A DNA stretch of 63,687 nucleotides, the filler included, from Lenisia limosa (Eukaryota; Protista; Breviatea), in the NCBI GenBank assembly GCA_001655205.1. It is 15 parts of 15 records of this genome, joined end to end, with 100 filler letters (N's around TTAATTAATTAA, not from the genome) between each part and the next. Parts side by side here need not be neighbours in the genome. Positions count along the whole stretch, not along the records: positions 55,162 to 62,374 come from LPNZ01002756.1; positions 62,475 to 63,687 come from LPNZ01003941.1; 13 more parts are not named here. The stretch is one strand, 5' to 3'. Below, piece after piece: positions 58,008-63,687 of this stretch. The notes under the pieces were generated by a model, which was not told the origin of the DNA, ran no database searches, and was given only the letters and a program-made list of their open reading frames with translations. The stretch's first letter is position 1. Every line of letters begins with the position of its first letter. The translations under genes were made by a program, and so were the position numbers.

Positions 58008-59636
58008 TCTGTTGTTATTCTCTTGCTTTGAGAAGTTATGCATCACTTATAATACAAATAATGGTATTCAACTTGGGTGTGGGTGTGGGTCTTTTTTATT
58101 ATTATTATCTAGAACTGGCTCTTTATTGACCTTGCTAGGCATGCGACGAAACGGCATGGCCTCAACATCCACAATGTTGTGCATCGTCACCTTGTGCCGT
58201 TGTATTTTCAGTCGTTGCGGCTTGGTTTCATAAAGTCGTCGTCATCATCCTCTGACTCAAACTTCTTGTCATCCTAAAATAATAACAAAAAAAAAAAGAG
58301 GAACGGGAGGGACTGCAAAAAGCTTACAAATAAAATTGAAGAAGTACATATGACCAGGTAATTGCACATTTACATGCTCTAGTTTTTCAATTCCATAGTC
58401 CGGCCGCATGGACTGCCCGATTGCAAAAATGTAGAAACTTGCAGCTCTGGCTCTTGCTTGAACTCCAGCTACAAACAAACCCAGTTACTAACTTAATGTA
58501 GCTACTAGCTCCAGCTACAAACCCAGCTACAAACTCAATGTAGCTCTAGCAACAAACACAGCAACAAAGCTAATGTTACAATGTATCACCCCCTTGGAAA
58601 ACATCAAGAAAATATACAAAACAAGAATAACAGAAAGAGAAAGAAATTAGACACCCTCCCGCGAGCGTTTGCGACTGTCTTCGCTTGAGACTCGCTATAC
58701 ACCATTTTCCTCGTGAGCATTTTTTTTTACTACTTCTAGAAATAGGGTAAATTGGAGATGCTTAGGTGTGACTAACTTCAACTTCAAAAGAATGACCTCC
58801 TAATGTTCCCCGTACCAAAAATATCCAGCCTATGTCCTTCATCACCTCCAAGATGAATTTGTGATTATTGAAAAATGTGTTCTTGCACATAGTCTTCTCA
58901 AACACTGCGATTACTCTCACTTCTCTGGTGTTTTCCTTTTTAATTCCATTCCCCAAAGCCAGCCACTCTCCTTCCCTTTGTTTGGTGATCTTTAGAATGA
59001 TTTTCAAAAATTAAAAAAAAACAAAAACCCCTTAAAAGTATAAAGCGAGATGTGAATCGAACTTTTTTGGTTTCGAGTCTTGCACAAGTTTGTTTTTTTA
59101 AAGAAAAATAATAAATAATAAAAAAAGGAAGTGATCTCTTGTTTTTCTTATTTGAGTGATCTCAAATTTTCCTAATATCTATCCTTTACTGTGAATTTAT
59201 TGTTATTGAAAGATACAATCATTTGAAAAGAGAAAAGAGGAATGAGATGCATTGAACATCAAGAAATCAGGAATTTGCTCCATCAAAGGAAGAACATATC
59301 GAAATCCAACCACTCCTGGCTTTCTCTGAAACAGAGGGTTTTCGTGCTCTCTCAAGCCTTCCTTCACGGGAATGCAAATTTAATTCAATAGTACAGTTTT
59401 TTACAGGGGTAGAGAGGTTAGTAGCATTCTCTCCAAACGGCGCACATCTCGCTTTAAATTTCATTAAACCACTATATTATCTTCAGAAATGGACTTCAGA
59501 TTCGAATTCTCCTAAATAATCTGCGTTCCTGTAGAACTTTAACGTGTTCATTTTATTATTATTCTGAAAGAGGTGGAGTAAAGAAAAGTGGGAGACCCCG
59601 GCCCGGTTCGATTCTGATAAAAATATCTTTTTCTCA

Positions 59637-60113
59637 ATGTATTCATCTTCTCTTTGTTGTATCCTTTTACTTTGTTTTGATGTTACTGATGATCATGTGC
59701 TCTGTTGTATGGCTAAAAAACAGGAATTCACTACCCCCACTCCAAGCTTTGCCAAGATCATGGCTGCTTATCCGGAGATCCTTCCGAAGAGATGTCATTC
59801 CCCACTACTACGGTGCAACTGTTGTGTTTTGTTTCTTCCTTATCTTTCCCTTTTTGACTCTTCTTTTGGATTGGTGCTCCAATCTTGAGGACCTTCTGTC
59901 TCTCCACGCCATGTCTGGGAGTTAAAGGAAAAGAGATTCGTCCTATACCGATGAATTGCTGTTGAATACTTCGGTATTATTGACCACTCTCACCTACCCT
60001 CTCAAAAAGAAACTGCTCCTTCTGGTGGCACTTGTTGAGGCGGCAAGAGTCAACCTCTTGCTGTTCTTAAGCCGATAATGGCGCCTTGAGTATCAAAATC
60101 GAGCAACAAATAA
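59637..60113 (+). pseudogene. Paralogous remnant, copy 2 (four in-frame TGA, otherwise open to TAA 60111-60113)
   Basis: ...VLFLPYLSLFDSSFGLVLQS*GPSVSPRHVWELKEKRFVLYR*IAVEYFGIIDHSHLPSQ... aligns to copy 1 with many third-position differences (GAA/GAG, TTT/TTC, GTA/GTC, CTG/CTA, TAT/TAC). Confidence 0.55.
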
Positions 60114-60490
60114 ACCTAATAGTTTTGTGGTTATCTACTCTTGTGTGAATAATTACCCCCCCCCCCCATATGATCAGAGTATGGTTGACAAAGTAGAAGC
60201 TGTCACAGTGTTGTAAGGTAACATCAAAGTGAAGATTCTCAAGGGATTCCCAAAACTACCTCACCCACCTCCTCAGCATCGCGGGAGTTTACTCTCAAAA
60301 GCGAGGTGATAAGGAACTTGTGAAAGCTAAGGCTTGTAAAACCCGGTATTTTGTTGAACAGTTAAACTATTTTAGACAACAAAAGTGGGGGGAAACTGAA
60401 AAAACAAGAAAAACTTGGTACCCTTTTTAAGGTTTTTTTTTTGTTTTCTGGTGAATATTTAGTTTACGGTTCACAAAAGAAAAAAAAGAG

Positions 60491-60575
60491 AAAAAAACTA
60501 TTGGCTACAATTTAGTGAAAACCCGACTGCTCAACTCATCTTATGTGACCCAGGGTCGGGACTTCGATCACTACC
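60491..60575 (-). repeat. Inverted copy of 57110-57185
   Basis: Minus strand GGTAGTGATCGAAGTCCCGACCCTGGGTCACATAAG..GGTTTTCACTAAATTGTAGCCAATAGTTTTTT versus plus strand GGTAGTGGCCGAAGACTCCACCCTGGGTCACATGAG..GGTTTTTACTAAATTGTAGCCAATAATTTTT. Confidence 0.75.
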
Positions 60576-61770
60576 TAAAAACAGAACCACTTCTCATTAC
60601 CGTAGAAAAAAAAGTCTATTTATCCAAAATAATTGAGGTTGAATTACGGTTGCCCTACATCTTCCCATATGAAAGGAAGGCAGACCAGCTCCAACAGATA
60701 AGCCAGTATAGCTGTCCTCTTCACACTTAATTATGTGTCACCTTACAACAGTATTACATAGAAGGAAGTTATAATACATATAACAAAAATTATTTTACAC
60801 TCCCTTAATCTCTTGAGTGCAGTATTTTCAAAATTGGTATTATTTGTATGAAAATAAAGTAAGTGCTGTTAAAATCCAAGGCTTGCGCTCTAACCAAGAC
60901 AACGAAGAAGCCAAAAATCATCTATTTTAAACATCAAATAAAGCAATTTTGCCCAAAGAAGACAAAAAGGGAAGAAAAAAAAAAGAAAAAAAAAAAAANN
61001 NNNNNNNNNNNNNNNNNNNNNNNNNNNNNNNNNNNNNNNNNNNNNNNNNNNNNNNNNNNNNNNNNNNNNNNNNNNNNNNNNNNNNNNNNNNNNNNNNNNN
61101 NNNNATGACTTATGAGAGAAAAACAAAGGCAAAATGGAAAATATAACTTGAACATTATCCGTTTTAGTTGAATACCTTTCTCCTTCACTTTTCTGTTCTT
61201 CAATCTTGATTTTCCCATGTCATCACTGTACAGGCTTTGTCTATCATCATTAGTATGAAATGGTTTTAGTCTTCTCAGTGATCCAATTAAGAAATCACGA
61301 AATAACTGAGAATGTAACCTTGGAAGGTCCAAAATACAATCAACCAGCAGTTGCTTCCAAGCCCAGCATTCAGTACCTATAGGTTAGCCAAATGGATTTT
61401 ATATTACTCAAAATCGATATCATAATTATGGTGACATATGCATCAAACTTTTTGGGTTTTTAATTTTGTGATTTCCCATTTTATCCTGATTTCTTTAACA
61501 GTCCAAATTGATTATTTGCAAGACACAATCAGCAGAAGAGAAAAGAAGAAAAGATGCTTTGAACAGTTTGTTTTTGTTTGGGGGGGGGGGGNNNNNNNNN
61601 NNNNNNNNNNNNNNNNNNNNNNNNNNNNNNNNNNNNNNNNNNNNNNNNNNNNNNNNTAAGAGACAATTGTACTGTGTTCGCTTAGGTCTTGATAAAGGCA
61701 GCACTACTTGAACCTGGGTCAATTAGCAGGCGAAGATCTTTCAATGGTAGTTCCCCACAGTGCAATAATA

Positions 61771-62312
61771 TACGCTCAAGGTCCTAATTTATGTTAATTC
61801 GAATTACTGTCGTATTCAATTTTCCGTGACTGTCTCTTTTTCATGTTACAGTCAACTTCACAACAATTAAACTCGCACAATGAGAAAAATGCGACCACAA
61901 ATTGAGAAAAAATTGCGCCAACGTGGCGCTCAAAAATTAAATTTTCGCGATCTAGATTGCTAAGTTTGCCAAAAAAAAATTTTTTTGAAAAGATATTTTT
62001 TTTCTTTGTTTACCTTGGTAACCAGCTTGTAAGTACTTGCGCACTTTGGGCTCTATAAGTGTACATATGTATATTCATTTGATAATTATATTGCTCCATC
62101 TTTATGAATGTCCTTATATTGCGTGGGTAATTTTGTATTGTTTTGTGAGTTTATGTGTGACACTTTAGACGATGGGGGACTCAACCATATTTTACAATGT
62201 GAATATCTAAGAAATGTATTACTGTTTTGAAGCGGAAGAGCTGATTTGGCGACCGTAAATAATTCACGACATTAATTCGAAATAACGACATAATTTTGGA
62301 CCTTGAGCATAT
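61771..62312. mobile_element. About 540-bp element with ~45-bp imperfect TIRs and TA at both ends (family E)
   Basis: Left TACGCTCAAGGTCCTAATTTATGTTAATTCGAATTACTGTCGT (61771-61813) versus the reverse complement of ACGACATTAATTCGAAATAACGACATAATTTTGGACCTTGAGCATA (to about 62311). Confidence 0.65.
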
Positions 62313-62324
62313 CGATATATATGT

Positions 62325-62374
62325 GATGGGACAAAACATGAATCACGGGACAAAACTGTGAATCAGGGACAAAA
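62325..62374. repeat. About 19-bp minisatellite (GGGACAAAAC..TGAATCA) running into a scaffold end
   Basis: About 2.5 tandem units. Confidence 0.7.
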
Positions 62375-63248
62375 NNNNNNNNNNNNNNNNNNNNNNNNNN
62401 NNNNNNNNNNNNNNNNNNTTAATTAATTAANNNNNNNNNNNNNNNNNNNNNNNNNNNNNNNNNNNNNNNNNNNNACAATACTATATTATACTATTTATAT
62501 AGAAAGAGATAATTTGAATTCCTCGCTCTGGAATCCCGCACTTTTTTCTGCATTTAAAACTGTTTATTATTCTGTTTTTCTGACCTTTCACTGGGGTCCC
62601 CTGGGGGTCCTTTCGTACATTTGCTTATGGAAACCTTCATAATTGGCTTGTAATTGGTCGCATGAGTTAAACAAGCCCAATTACTTTTTTCTTTGTCATT
62701 TGTAAATCCTAAAGGAGGGGATAAGCCTTTGTTGAAATAAGTAAGTGCATCGTATTTCAGTTTGGAAAAAAGAAGCTGAAATATTCAAGTCTTTGTCAAG
62801 TAACATTACGAGCTTTGTGACGCGAATTCAGGGTCAATCCAGAGAAAGTGCGGAATTCCAGAAATCAAGGGGAAAGCCCTCGCTATAAATAGTATAGATG
62901 ATTTTATTGTTTCTGATGATTTGATATCCCCCCACCAATTTTTTTTTCTTCTTGAATTTCAAACTTTATTATTTTGAAATATTTTTTTGCTTGATATGAT
63001 ATTATACATATCGATATATATATCTTGATTTTTTATTTAGACAAAAATATACCAATTTTTCATTTTTATTTAGACGAAAATACTTCCATTATTGAAGCGC
63101 ACATGTTGAAAGTAGTGGCTCAGGCCGCGGAATCCCCAGGTTTGTTATGTTTAATTTTCGGAGTTAATTTATTTTGTACATATGATGTGGTATCATGTTA
63201 TAGATGTCGATGGACATACATGTTTCGTATATTTTATATGTGTGTGAT

Positions 63249-63346
63249 TAACTTCACTTCGGTTCCAAAAAGACCAGTTAAATATCGATAGTGTTCGAGG
63301 ATTTATCGAGAAATTGAGTCTTTTTTTGAACCGAAGTGAGGCCCAA
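63249..63346. mobile_element. hAT-type MITE family A (subtype A1)
   Basis: ACTTCACTTCGGTTCCAAAAAGACC...GAGTCTTTTTTTGAACCGAAGTGAGGCCCAA. Confidence 0.85.
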
Positions 63347-63529
63347 TGTATGTTGTATATAGCAATGGGAAATAAATAAAACAAGGTTGTATCTGGCCGA
63401 AGTCATCCACACCATCACGCTTATAGGATAATATATTGGATTATAGTATGATATTAATTACTCCAATCATTTGCCTTACAACTTTGTGCACAGCTTCAAT
63501 ATTTCTTGAATATAACACTCATGTAACAG

Positions 63530-63630
63530 TAAAAACCAAAGACACCCCCGGCCCGGGTGACTTGCGCCACGTTCGCATCGTTACACGCGCAATTGAGACG
63601 CTCAGCGCAATTGCTGGCAAAGTCGCTTTC
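63530..63630 (+). CDS. Probable isolated coding exon of a gene that continues beyond the window
   Basis: GC-richer stretch KTKDTPGPGDLRHVRIVTRAIETLSAIAGKVAFKER ending at a GTAGGAGGG donor. Confidence 0.35.
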
Positions 63631-63687
63631 AAGGAACGGTAGGAGGGTGGGGTGATGTTGTTCTTTATTTGCTGGCTTCATTCTATA

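Larger units (their letters stand above)
57061..59513. mobile_element. Putative degenerate TIR DNA transposon (Kolobok-like?), about 2.45 kb
   Basis: 57061-57109 AGGAAATTCGAATCTGAAGTCCATTTCTGGAGACAATACGGTGGTTCAA is the inverted repeat of 59464-59513 TTAAACCACTATATTATCTTCAGAAATGGACTTCAGATTCGAATTCTCCT. It encloses a P2X7-ballast-like ORF remnant. No clear TSD, and no transposase firmly identified. Confidence 0.45.

Noticed and set aside
57790-58046. Minus-strand reading of the duplicated segment (IISKYSTAIHQYSTNLFS)
   Set aside because: It is the antisense shadow frame, which shares third-position variability. The plus frame has the recognisable domain pattern and longer homology. Not fully excluded.
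59267-59464. MKFKAR N-terminus resembling HUS1
   Set aside because: Similarity is limited to six residues, with no compatible downstream exons, and it starts inside the inverted repeat.
59590-59620. tRNA-like GGTTCGATTC (T-loop/B-box) string
   Set aside because: No acceptor stem, D-arm or anticodon arm can be folded around it.
10511-62430. Fourteen identical TTAATTAATTAA repeats that look like a regularly spaced array or CRISPR-like repeat
   Set aside because: Each is embedded in N blocks and coincides with gene truncations. It is an artificial scaffold linker with six-frame stops.

Overview
Eukaryotic nuclear DNA from an AT-rich, intron-dense, flagellated microbial eukaryote (an axonemal dynein and IFT121 are present; the species cannot be determined from the sequence). 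The window is not one locus. Fourteen N-TTAATTAATTAA-N spacers join about 15 short scaffolds, so gene adjacency across a spacer means nothing. Most ORF-track entries are artefacts of introns, N-runs and microsatellites, so I assembled genes by reading GT..AG exon chains by eye. Recognisable genes: TFIIA small subunit, TatD/TATDN1, a secreted YHR202W-type 5'-nucleotidase, an SLC25A43-like mitochondrial carrier, a VPS9-domain GEF, a DNAH1-like dynein heavy chain fragment, WDR35/IFT121, ACBP, a divergent DAD1/OST2, a bZIP factor, a Cys-rich GCC2/GCC3-repeat protein, a GET2/CAML-like protein and an MFS transporter, plus several hypothetical proteins. Introns carry at least four small TIR element families and one abundant modular repeat. 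Best leads: (1) two decayed paralogues resembling the P2X7 'ballast'/Nanor domain, one of them inside a ~2.45 kb inverted-repeat-bounded segment (57061-59513), possibly a Kolobok-like transposon relic; (2) a modular repeat that is almost always sense-oriented in introns and repeatedly supplies the 3' splice site of unrelated genes; (3) a ~95 bp hAT-type MITE with 8-bp TSDs and two co-varying TIR subtypes. I found no rRNA, tRNA or CRISPR array. All homology calls come from recalled family motifs, not database searches. Exon boundaries of hypothetical genes are approximate.
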